Made by a program: the position numbers and the translations under genes. DNA of 64,000 nt from Azoarcus sp. (GTDB lineage: Bacteria > Pseudomonadota > Gammaproteobacteria > Burkholderiales > Rhodocyclaceae). Location: contig JAISCE010000003.1 in the NCBI GenBank assembly GCA_031265765.1, positions 11,738 through 75,737 on the forward strand, written 5' to 3'. The notes beneath the pieces were generated by a model, which had not been told where the DNA came from, made no database searches, and saw nothing but the letters and a program-made list of their open reading frames with translations. This document shows positions 30,944 through 39,734 of the stretch, piece by piece (position 1 is the stretch's first letter; each line of letters starts with the position of its first letter).

Positions 30944-33058
30944 TCATTTGCCGAACCCGTCCAGCAAGGTTTTCAACGCGGCTTTTTGCGTATCCGACCC
31001 CTCGGCGTTGATTCTGTGCAGGAGCGCCGCGACCGACAGGTTTTGTACGCTGCCCGAAGCGTCGCCCAATGCGCCCAGGACGCCCTTCACATCCTCTACC
31101 AAGTCGCGCTCGCCGATCAGGTGATCGCGCAGGCCGACTTTCAATGTATTGCTCTTGCTGATGGCGCCGTCGATGCCCTTGCCGACCGCGAGCGCATTCA
31201 CGAAGCGCTCGAAGTAATCGCCTTCGCCGCCGACGATGTCGATGTTGGCTTTTTCCAGCGCCGTGCCCAGCACTTCCGCCTGTTCGCGGGCGATGCCGGT
31301 TTGCGCCTCGATGGCTTTCAGGGTTTCGGTATGGGCGCGCTCCAGCTTCATGCGGAATTCTTCGTGGGCGCGGGTGTTTTCGCTCATGGACTTCATGGCG
31401 TCGAATTTTTCGCGCAGACCCTTGGCCTCGGCGGCGAAGCGGGTTTCGATCACTTTGGCTTCGGCCTCGCCCACGTTGAGGATGGCTTGCGCATCCGCCG
31501 CGCGCACCTTGACGTCCGCCAGACCTTGCTTTTCTTTGCCTTCCGCTTCGGCGAAGAGTTTGGCTTGCAGCGCCTCGGCTTCGGCATGACCGTATTTTTC
31601 GAGCGCATCGGCGGCGGCGATTTTCACGCGGGCGTCAACCATGCCTTGCTTTTCCTTGGCGTCCGCCGAAACCAGCAGTACCTTGGCTTGGGCAAGACCC
31701 GGCGCGGCCTCGATGGCTTCGATGCCTTCGGCTTCGCGCTTCTTGGCTTCCGCGGCTTTTTCCGCCACCTTGAGGTGCGCTTCGGCAAGCGTCAGTTCTT
31801 CGGTGGCCTTGAAGTGGGCGCGGCGTTCCTGCGCTTCGCCGTCCTTGACGTCTTGAATGAGTTTTTCCTCCGCTTTGCCTTGGGCGGTGAGAATGACTGC
31901 CTGCTTCGTGCGGTCGGCTTCGGCGACGACGCGCACTTCCTTGATGGCTTCTTCCTGCTCGGCTACGGTGCGTTCGACGATGACGCGCTCGCGGATGACG
32001 TCGGCGATGGCTTTCTTCTGGATTTCTACTGCGCGATCCTTGTCGATCTGTTGCAGGGTGACTTCTTTTTCACGGTCGACGATTTCCAGTTGGCGGGCGC
32101 GGGTGACTTTTTCTTCTTCGATCGCCACGGCGCGCTTCCTGTTGTTTTCCGCGACTTCTTTTTCGCGGGTGACGTTTTCCTGCTGCACGGCGATGGCTTG
32201 TGCGGCTTGCAAACGGGCGAGTTCGGCTTTGGTGTGTTCTTCGGCTTCGACGCGCTGGGCTTCGGCTTCCTCGCGCGCCTTGACCGTGGCGATTTCGCGC
32301 CCTTGCTTGAATTCGGCGTCGGCCTGTTGCCGTTCGAGTTCGAGGATGGCTTCGCGGGTTTCGACGTCCTTTTTCTTGATCTGCATTTCCTCGTTGCGCC
32401 GGAATTCGTTGGTGCGCACATGTTCTTGCGCGGTGAGGTCGGTGATTTTCTTGATGCCCTGCGCATCGAGGATATTACTTGAGTCGAGCTTGGAGAGCGG
32501 AGTCTGCTCCAGGTAATCGATGGCGGCGTCCGCGAGGATATAGCCGGAGAGGTCGTCGCCGATCTGACGGATGATCTCGTCGCGGAAATGATCGCGCGCC
32601 TGGTAGAGTTCGACGAAATCCATCGACTTGCCCACGGTCTTCAGCGCCTCGGAGAATTTGGCGGAGAAAAGCCCTTCCAGCGTTTCTTGATTGGAGGCGC
32701 GGGCGCAGCCGATGCCCTGCGCGACACGGAGTACGTCTTCGGTTGTCTTGTTGACCCGCACGAAGAACGTCACCTTGATGTCGGCGCGAATGTTGTCCTG
32801 GCAAATCAGCCCTTCGTTGCCTGTGCGCGCGATTTCAATGGTTTTCAGCGCAATGTCCATCATCTCGGCCTTATGGACGATGGGGTAGACCATGCGTCCG
32901 GTGAAGGTCACTTCCGGTTCGCTGCGCATGGTGTTGACGATCATGGCGTAGCCTTGTTCCACTTTGCGGTAAAAGCGTGCAAAAAGGGAAAAGAGGCCGA
33001 GAATGAACAGGGCGATGATGCCGATGGCGATCAAGATGATGGTGAGTGATGGCTGCAT
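30944..33058 (-). CDS. yqiK: SPFH/band-7 flotillin-like membrane protein YqiK
   Basis: N-terminal TM helix, SPFH domain, long Glu/Ala/Lys-rich coiled coil. Confidence 0.75.
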   Translation of the reverse strand: MQPSLTIILIAIGIIALFILGLFSLFARFYRKVEQGYAMIVNTMRSEPEVTFTGRMVYPIVHKAEMMDIALKTIEIARTGNEGLICQDNIRADIKVTFFVRVNKTTEDVLRVAQGIGCARASNQETLEGLFSAKFSEALKTVGKSMDFVELYQARDHFRDEIIRQIGDDLSGYILADAAIDYLEQTPLSKLDSSNILDAQGIKKITDLTAQEHVRTNEFRRNEEMQIKKKDVETREAILELERQQADAEFKQGREIATVKAREEAEAQRVEAEEHTKAELARLQAAQAIAVQQENVTREKEVAENNRKRAVAIEEEKVTRARQLEIVDREKEVTLQQIDKDRAVEIQKKAIADVIRERVIVERTVAEQEEAIKEVRVVAEADRTKQAVILTAQGKAEEKLIQDVKDGEAQERRAHFKATEELTLAEAHLKVAEKAAEAKKREAEGIEAIEAAPGLAQAKVLLVSADAKEKQGMVDARVKIAAADALEKYGHAEAEALQAKLFAEAEGKEKQGLADVKVRAADAQAILNVGEAEAKVIETRFAAEAKGLREKFDAMKSMSENTRAHEEFRMKLERAHTETLKAIEAQTGIAREQAEVLGTALEKANIDIVGGEGDYFERFVNALAVGKGIDGAISKSNTLKVGLRDHLIGERDLVEDVKGVLGALGDASGSVQNLSVAALLHRINAEGSDTQKAALKTLLDGFGK

Positions 33059-33128
33059 GTTGCTTCCTTCTCTGGATAGGCGCCTAGGGAACCGGTGGAT
33101 GGTCGATGTCTGGTGTTTCTTCGAGGCG

Positions 33129-33812
33129 CTAAGGTTTCTCTTTCTCCGCGATGCGGTAAAGCCGCAGGGATTCGTCGTATTCAAGAATAACGGCGGTATT
33201 GCCTCGCTTCAAATTGTTGGGTGTGTCCGCCACGACGCGAATATGGTAACCCGCTCCACGGGCGGGCACTTCGGCGCGACCGAATTTTTCGTCCACCGCG
33301 CCGGTGAGCACTACGCATTCATGGCCGACGAGGGCTGTGTTGGAGATGGCGTTATGGGTGATGAAAAGCTTGCGCAGCGGTCGCACGCAGGCCGCCGCCA
33401 AAGGAATCGAGAGCGCGAAGGCGGCGGCGAGGATTGCCGAGCCCACGACGAAACGCAGTATGTTCGTGGGTACGATGGGAAATAGCCAGAGCGTCGTCAT
33501 GCCGCAAACGACCCAGCCGAGCAGCGTAAGCAGGCTGACGACCACTGAGAAGGGGACGCCGCTCAATCCGAGCGCGACGAGGTAACTTGCCAGCGTACCG
33601 ATGCCATTGCTGCCGGATTCGCCGTCCAGAAGATGTGCGTTGTGCGCGATGTCGCCGCCCGCGTCGACATCCACATCCACATCCAGGTCTGGGCCACCGC
33701 TTTCGTAATCTACGAGACCGATCAGCGCCAGCGCCCAGTATAGAAGAACGACACCGAGAAATGTCGTATAGATGACTGTCGGGTATGCCAGGATGGCTTC
33801 GGAAAAAGTCAT
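33129..33812 (-). CDS. yqiJ: NfeD-like inner membrane protein YqiJ
   Basis: Multi-TM N-terminus, C-terminal OB-like domain. Conserved yqiJ-yqiK pairing. Confidence 0.6.
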   Translation of the reverse strand: MTFSEAILAYPTVIYTTFLGVVLLYWALALIGLVDYESGGPDLDVDVDVDAGGDIAHNAHLLDGESGSNGIGTLASYLVALGLSGVPFSVVVSLLTLLGWVVCGMTTLWLFPIVPTNILRFVVGSAILAAAFALSIPLAAACVRPLRKLFITHNAISNTALVGHECVVLTGAVDEKFGRAEVPARGAGYHIRVVADTPNNLKRGNTAVILEYDESLRLYRIAEKEKP

Positions 33813-33839
33813 GACGGAATCTGTGCGCTATCTGTGTTT

Positions 33840-34223
33840 TCAGGAACGGCGATTATCGGATATGGGGGATTTGCGGCGATCTCGTGTCATTTTCCGATCG
33901 GCGAAATCTATCAGTTCCTGCGTTACACGTTCCTTGATGGCGAGGCGTTTTTCCACGGGCAGGCCGTAACGCGCCCCGAGCACCTCGTAGTCGTCCAGCG
34001 TCAGGGTGACGGTGAGCCGGGGGCGCTTGGGGCGGCGGCTCGCCGATAGGCCAAGGATGTGGCGGATTTGGTCGGGACTTGAAAGATTGTTCTCGAAAGC
34101 GGCATGCCGCACCGCTTCGAGAACGGCGGCTTCCACATCGAAAGCCACTTGCACTGCATGCAGCGCCGCATCCGAACCGCTCCAGCGCGGGGGCTTGCGT
34201 GGAGGATTCGCGGAACCGCTCAT
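33840..34223 (-). CDS. Hypothetical protein
   Basis: 127 aa. 4-nt overlap with the pspA-like gene suggests co-translation. No recognisable domain. Confidence 0.35.
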   Translation of the reverse strand: MSGSANPPRKPPRWSGSDAALHAVQVAFDVEAAVLEAVRHAAFENNLSSPDQIRHILGLSASRRPKRPRLTVTLTLDDYEVLGARYGLPVEKRLAIKERVTQELIDFADRKMTRDRRKSPISDNRRS

Positions 34224-34930
34224 GCTTTGCCTTCCGTCGCTGCTTCACGACGTGCCCGGATGCGCTCCATCACTTTTTCCTTGCGTTGGGCATCTTCGCC
34301 AATGCCCGCTTCCGCGAGCTTGATTTCCAGCGCCTTCGCGCCCAGTTCGCGATCGAGAGTATCGGCGGCGGCCATGCGGTCGGCAAGGTCTTCATGGCGC
34401 TTCTTGATGCGCTCCAGCGATTCCTTGGCGCCAATGAGTTTCGAGCCGGAAGAAGTGATGTTTTCCGAAATGCTTTGCGTGGCTTTATAGACGCTTTCCG
34501 TCGCTCTTGCCATCTGCACTTCGCGTTCGTGTTCGCGGACTTTCGCCTCTGAAGCCTTGATGAGATCTTTTAACCGGGTGGATTGCAGTGCGTAATCCGC
34601 GTGCAATTGGGTTTGCCTGTCCAACTCGGCTTCCTGTTCCGCGATCTGGGCGGCGACTTCCTCGGCCAAAGTGGGCTTTTCCTTGTCCAGTGCTTCGATC
34701 GCCAGGTTTTCCAGGCGTTCGATTTCAGTGCGCACGCGTTCGATTTTGCGGGCGCTCTGCATTTCCTTGGCCATCACGCCGGTCAGGTCGTTTTTTGCCT
34801 GTGCGATGGCGTTGCGGGCATCGTGGATTTCTTGTTCATAGATTCGCACGCCGTTGGCATCGACGATGCTTTCGCCCAGTTCCCGGGCGCTGCCGCGCAG
34901 CAAGGTAACGATTTTTCCAATGACACTCAT
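34220..34930 (-). CDS. PspA/IM30-family protein (YjfJ-like)
   Basis: 236-aa all-coiled-coil protein with the PspA/IM30 pattern (VRTEIERLENLAIEALD...). Confidence 0.8.
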   Translation of the reverse strand: MSVIGKIVTLLRGSARELGESIVDANGVRIYEQEIHDARNAIAQAKNDLTGVMAKEMQSARKIERVRTEIERLENLAIEALDKEKPTLAEEVAAQIAEQEAELDRQTQLHADYALQSTRLKDLIKASEAKVREHEREVQMARATESVYKATQSISENITSSGSKLIGAKESLERIKKRHEDLADRMAAADTLDRELGAKALEIKLAEAGIGEDAQRKEKVMERIRARREAATEGKA

Positions 34931-34942
34931 GATGATTACTCC

Positions 34943-35359
34943 TTATGACAAATAGTCGGAAAGCGCATCCAGGGCATCGATGGCGTTGTCGCTCAGGGCC
35001 GCGATGTCGTTGGCGATATCGTCGATGCGGGCGTCGCGGGCCAGCGCGCCGTACAGTATGTAGCGTCCTTCCGCCCGGCCAAACGAAGAGAGGGGAATTG
35101 CGGGATTTAGATCCAGCAACAGTTCCAGCAATTCCGGACGCTTTTCGGGAATGATTTCCCCGTCTGTCCAAAGATGGCAAATACATAAAATCTGGTCATC
35201 GGAAACAGTGATGAATATCGGCAGTTCCTCACGCCCGCCGATCACTGTCTGGATGACCGGAATTTCACCGGGGATGGGTTGAAGACTGATCGGGGTTCCT
35301 CCCAGACGCGCACTGAGTACCGCGTCCAGGCCGCCGAGCCGTTCCTGCAAGGATTTCAT
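34943..35359 (-). CDS. YjfI-like protein (DUF2170)
   Basis: 138-aa protein immediately upstream of the PspA-family gene, as in the yjfI-yjfJ arrangement. Assigned partly by synteny. Confidence 0.45.
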   Translation of the reverse strand: MKSLQERLGGLDAVLSARLGGTPISLQPIPGEIPVIQTVIGGREELPIFITVSDDQILCICHLWTDGEIIPEKRPELLELLLDLNPAIPLSSFGRAEGRYILYGALARDARIDDIANDIAALSDNAIDALDALSDYLS

Positions 35360-35474
35360 TTCGCCTCCTTGTGTGAAAATGGGTTCTTCAATACATGGCT
35401 ATATGTCGCTACTGTAGACGGGGCGACATTGTATGTCAAGCCATATTATGTCACGGTGTCTTCTTTTTACGTGC

Positions 35475-36485
35475 TTACAGTTTGCGCCCGCATAGGCGCA
35501 AGGCCAAGTGCTGGAATTCATCCCAGAGTTCGCCGCGCACGAGTCCCTTAATCATGCGGTCGATGCGGGCGGCATGGAGCAGGGCGGCTTGCAGGGTCGG
35601 GCGGGCGAGACGGGCGAGCGCGGCGCGAAGGGTTCGCTGGCGGGCGGGGTCGAAGATGCGCTCGGCCTTGAAAAGCGCCGGTAACGCTTGCCCCTTGTCG
35701 CTGCCGCCGCGCAGCGTGGCCAGAGCGCGGATTTCGCTGGCGAAAGCCCACAGCACCAGCGGCGGCGGCGCATCTTCGCCGCGCAAGCCGTCGAGCAGGC
35801 GTACGCAGCGGGCGGGATCGCCTTCGAGGAGAGCTTGCCGAAGCATGTTGATGTCGTAGCGGGCGACGTTGAGCACCGCGGCTTCGACTTCGGCCTGCGC
35901 CAGTTCGCCTTCACCATGGAGGAGTCCGAGTTTCCGGATTTCCTGCTGGGCGGCAAGGAGGTTGCCCTCGACGTGGTCTGCGATGAATTCCAGCGTTTCG
36001 GCAGAGGCCGACTGGCCTTGCGCGCCGAGTCTGTGGGCGATCCAGGCGGGCAGGCGTTCGCGCGGCGGGGTTTCGTATTCGATGGTGACGCCGGTCTCGG
36101 AGAGGGCTTTGTACCAGGCGGTCTTGCGCGTCTGCCAGTCGAGGACGGGCAGGGTAATCAGGGTCAGGACATCGGCGGGCGGCGCGGCGGCATAGCGTTG
36201 CAGGATGTCGCCGCCGTCCCTGCCGGGCTTGCCTGTGGGAATGCGCAGGTCGATGAGCCGGGAACCGCCGAACAGCGACAGATTGCCCGCGGCCAACATC
36301 AGCGCGTCCCAGCGGAAGCTTGCATCCACGACCAGCGTCTCGCGTTCGTCGAAGCCCTGGCGGCGGGCGGCGGCGCGGATGGCGTCCGCCGCTTCCAGTA
36401 CCAGCAGTTCATTGCCGTGGACGACCCAGAGCGGCGCGAGCGGCTGTTCGAGTCGGTTGGCGAGGTCATCCTGACGTAGATTCAT
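35475..36485 (-). CDS. holA: DNA polymerase III subunit delta
   Basis: 336 aa, HolA-like N-terminal domain (LAPLWVVHGNELLVLEAADAIR). Confidence 0.8.
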   Translation of the reverse strand: MNLRQDDLANRLEQPLAPLWVVHGNELLVLEAADAIRAAARRQGFDERETLVVDASFRWDALMLAAGNLSLFGGSRLIDLRIPTGKPGRDGGDILQRYAAAPPADVLTLITLPVLDWQTRKTAWYKALSETGVTIEYETPPRERLPAWIAHRLGAQGQSASAETLEFIADHVEGNLLAAQQEIRKLGLLHGEGELAQAEVEAAVLNVARYDINMLRQALLEGDPARCVRLLDGLRGEDAPPPLVLWAFASEIRALATLRGGSDKGQALPALFKAERIFDPARQRTLRAALARLARPTLQAALLHAARIDRMIKGLVRGELWDEFQHLALRLCGRKL

Positions 36486-36607
36486 GCGTACTCCCTCCCG
36501 GGAACGCAGCCACTGAAACCGGACGCGAAAGCGCCATGCGGCGCAGCTTCCTGCCGGGACGCAGGCGAATGGAAGCGCGCGATTTTGCCGCTGATGCAGC
36601 CGATGTC

Positions 36608-37003
36608 TCAGCCTTGCTGTTGCTTTTTGGCCGCGGCAGCCTTGTAATTGAGCTTTTCCTTGATCCGCGCGGCCTTGCCGGAGCGGCTGCGCAGGTAGTA
36701 AAGCTTGGCGCGGCGTACATCGCCACGGCGTTTGACGTCGATGGAAGCCAGCAGCGGGGAGTAGGTCTGGAAGGTCCGTTCCACGCCTTCGCCGGAAGAA
36801 ATCTTGCGCACGATGAATGAGGAGTTGAGGCCGCGGTTGCGCTTGGCGATCACTACGCCTTCGTAGGCTTGCAGGCGTTCGCGCGTACCTTCCTTGACCT
36901 TGACTTGTACCACTACGGTATCGCCGGGGGCGAAAGCAGGGTAGGTCTTGCCCGCGGACAGCCGGGCGATTTCTTCTTGTTCAAGTTGCTGGATCAGATT
37001 CAT
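36608..37003 (-). CDS. rplS: 50S ribosomal protein L19
   Basis: High identity to bacterial L19. Confidence 0.95.
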   Translation of the reverse strand: MNLIQQLEQEEIARLSAGKTYPAFAPGDTVVVQVKVKEGTRERLQAYEGVVIAKRNRGLNSSFIVRKISSGEGVERTFQTYSPLLASIDVKRRGDVRRAKLYYLRSRSGKAARIKEKLNYKAAAAKKQQQG

Positions 37004-37084
37004 TTCATGACTCCATGTCGTTCAATGGCCGTTGGCCTGGCGCGCAGAGCAGGTACAAGCCTGGTGCGCGCGGTTTATGGAAAG

Positions 37085-37876
37085 TCACCCCGGCCCGGAA
37101 GCCGGGGTTTCTTCGTGATGCTCCCGCTGGAATTCTTCCAGAAGGCGCGATTCTTCCTTATTCAGCCCCCGTCCGGCAAGCAGGTCGGGGCGGCGCTGCC
37201 ATGTGCGGCCCAATGCCTGCTTGAGCCGCCAGCGGCGGATCAATGCATGGTTGCCAGAGAGCAGCACCTCTGGCACCCGCTCGTTTCCGTATATTTCTGG
37301 CCGCGTATAGTGCGGACAGTCCAGCAAGCCGGCGGCGAAAGAATCCTCTTCCGCCGATCCGGCATCGTTCAATGCACCCGGCAACTGGCGCACCATGGCA
37401 TCGATGAGCGCCATTGCCGCCAACTCGCCGCCCGAGAGCACGAAGTCGCCGAGCGAGATTTCCTCGTCGATATCGTGGTCGAGCAAACGCTGGTCGATAC
37501 CTTCGTAACGTCCGCAAAGCAGGATCAGGCCCGGTTCGCGCGCCAGTTTCATCACCTTGTCATGCGCAAGCGGCGTGCCTTGCGGCGACAGATAAATGAG
37601 CGGCCCGGCCATGCCGAGCGTTTCTTCCTGCCGTGCGCGGGCGCGGGCAATGCTTTGCGCCAGCGGCTCGGCCAGCATCACCATACCGGGGCCGCCTCCA
37701 TAGGGGCGGTCGTCGACGGTGCGGTGCGCGTCGTTCGCAAAATCACGGGGATCGTGGAAGTCGATCCGGTACAACTCGCGCTCCAATGCCCGTCGCGTGA
37801 TGCCGCTGCCGGTGAGCGCGGCGAACATCCCGGGGAAAAGGGTGATGACATCGTAATGCCGCCCGCCGGCGGGCAT
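37085..37876 (-). CDS. trmD: tRNA (guanine37-N1)-methyltransferase
   Basis: SPOUT/TrmD motifs ([23 protein letters not shown]). Start at the ATG preceded by AAGGAAAGGGGA. Confidence 0.9.
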   Translation of the reverse strand: MPAGGRHYDVITLFPGMFAALTGSGITRRALERELYRIDFHDPRDFANDAHRTVDDRPYGGGPGMVMLAEPLAQSIARARARQEETLGMAGPLIYLSPQGTPLAHDKVMKLAREPGLILLCGRYEGIDQRLLDHDIDEEISLGDFVLSGGELAAMALIDAMVRQLPGALNDAGSAEEDSFAAGLLDCPHYTRPEIYGNERVPEVLLSGNHALIRRWRLKQALGRTWQRRPDLLAGRGLNKEESRLLEEFQREHHEETPASGPG

Positions 37877-37907
37877 CGGTATCGTCCCCTTTCCTTGCAT
37901 GGCGCTT

Positions 37908-38414
37908 TCACCAGTCCTTTTGCCACGCTACACGTATCGTCCGTCCGGTGAGGTCGACGCCGCTCACATAAGCGGCCACGAACGGGATCAGACGTTCCAT
38001 GTCGCCGTCGCGCACCTGAAGCACATCGTGCGCGCCAGTGGAAATGAGTCCGGCGACTTCGCCGAGCGTCTCATCCACTTCGTTCCGCACTGTCATGCCC
38101 ACGAGGTCGCTCCAGTAATACTCGCCGTCTTTCGTGGCGGGCAAGGCTTCGCGCGGCGCGGCGACATACCAGCCGACGATTGCCTGTGCCGCATCGCGGT
38201 CAGCGATGCTTTCAAGGCTGGCGATCAAACCTTTACCGTGCGCTTGGCAGCCGCGCAGGGCATGTTGCGTCCACTCGCCGCTGGGAGCATCGTCCGCGGG
38301 GGCGATCCACCAGTACGGCATCTCCCGCCACGATAGCGGATCGTCGCCGAATGGCCGGATACTGAACCAACCCTTGACGCCGAAAGGGGCGACAATACGC
38401 CCCAGTACGATCAT
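37908..38414 (-). CDS. rimM: Ribosome maturation factor RimM
   Basis: [17 protein letters not shown]-terminus, PRC barrel. Confidence 0.9.
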   Translation of the reverse strand: MIVLGRIVAPFGVKGWFSIRPFGDDPLSWREMPYWWIAPADDAPSGEWTQHALRGCQAHGKGLIASLESIADRDAAQAIVGWYVAAPREALPATKDGEYYWSDLVGMTVRNEVDETLGEVAGLISTGAHDVLQVRDGDMERLIPFVAAYVSGVDLTGRTIRVAWQKDW

Positions 38415-38421
38415 GCCCGGT

Positions 38422-38685
38422 TCAGGCAGCCGCCTGCTGTCCGGCCTTGGCGTTTTGCTTTACCAGCCGGGCGACAGTCGGCGACAGGCGCGCGCCGTTC
38501 CGTTCCCAATAGGCAAGACGCTCATTGTCGATGGAAAGCGATTGCGCAGCGCCCGAGGCAAGCGGGCTATAGAAACCGACGCGCTCAATGAAGCGCCCGT
38601 CGCGCCGGTTGCGCGAATCGGCGGCAACGATGTTGTAAAACGGGCGCTTCTTGGCGCCGCCACGAGCAAGACGAATAACGACCAT
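38422..38685 (-). CDS. rpsP: 30S ribosomal protein S16
   Basis: [18 protein letters not shown]-terminus. Confidence 0.9.
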   Translation of the reverse strand: MVVIRLARGGAKKRPFYNIVAADSRNRRDGRFIERVGFYSPLASGAAQSLSIDNERLAYWERNGARLSPTVARLVKQNAKAGQQAAA

Positions 38686-38854
38686 CGGGGATACCCTGAA
38701 AAGGTTCACGGAAAACGGATAATTATATGAAGCTCGTTCGATACTGGCAAGAAGTCTGCCCGGGATGGCGACAAATAACCGGATTCCCCCGGACGATGGT
38801 CAACGGGCAGCCATCGTCCGGATGGGCCGCCCGTTTCGTCGCGGTTCGTGGTTT

Positions 38855-39547
38855 TCAGAGCATCGCCGCGATGTCGTCCGGCGACCATACCGTGCCGTCG
38901 TCGAAGTGAACTTCTTCAATGGCATCGGTATTGAAGGTGATTCTGCCTTTGCCCGAGTCGTAGTTCAGGACGGTGATGCCGAAGAACTGCTCGACCTCTA
39001 TGTCTTCGGGCGCGATTCCCTCGTCGAACTGGATGATGTCGAGATCGCCGCCGGTGTCGATGATCTGATCCCGACCGCTGCCGAGGTCGAAGAAATAGGT
39101 ATCGCTGCCCGTACCGCCATACAGGAAATCGCTTCCCGTACCGCCATACAGGGTGTCGTTGCCCGCGCCGCCATCCAGGATGTCGCTGCCCGCGCCGCCA
39201 ACCAGGGTGTCATTGCCTGTACCGCCATACAGGTCGTCGTTGCCCGCGTCGCCGTTCAATGTATCGTTGCCTGCGTCGCCGTATAGAACGTCGCTCCCCC
39301 CGTTGCCGTTCAGGGTATCGTCGCCGCCCTTGCCGTGTATGATATCGGGCTTGTCGCTGCCGTCCAGGGCATCCGTGTCATTGGTGCCGGTAGTCACAAC
39401 CAGTTTATATGGCTTGACGACGACGGGGCCGTATGAGAACCCCCAGGCTCCGTAAATGGGAGCATAGATTGCGGGAGCATAAACTGGCGCTAGGTATGGC
39501 AGCGGCCCGACAAAGGGACCGACAGGCAGTAAGTACGATAATGCCAT
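38855..39547 (-). CDS. Hemolysin-type calcium-binding (RTX GGxGxDxL) repeat protein
   Basis: Tandem nonapeptide repeats ([36 protein letters not shown]...). No N-terminal signal peptide. Confidence 0.65.
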   Translation of the reverse strand: MALSYLLPVGPFVGPLPYLAPVYAPAIYAPIYGAWGFSYGPVVVKPYKLVVTTGTNDTDALDGSDKPDIIHGKGGDDTLNGNGGSDVLYGDAGNDTLNGDAGNDDLYGGTGNDTLVGGAGSDILDGGAGNDTLYGGTGSDFLYGGTGSDTYFFDLGSGRDQIIDTGGDLDIIQFDEGIAPEDIEVEQFFGITVLNYDSGKGRITFNTDAIEEVHFDDGTVWSPDDIAAML

Positions 39548-39734
39548 GGTGATCTCCAATCAGTTGTTCTGAAAGCGGAACACGCATTGTATATGCAAAC
39601 GCGACGAGTCGGGTAATTTTTTTGAGTTGTATCGGATAATGGACAAGCGTCGGCTTGTGCCGCTTCGGCATCACCGGCCCAAGTCGATTCTTCGGGCGCG
39701 GAATCCCAGGGCCGGGCGGGCGAAGGATGTTATT

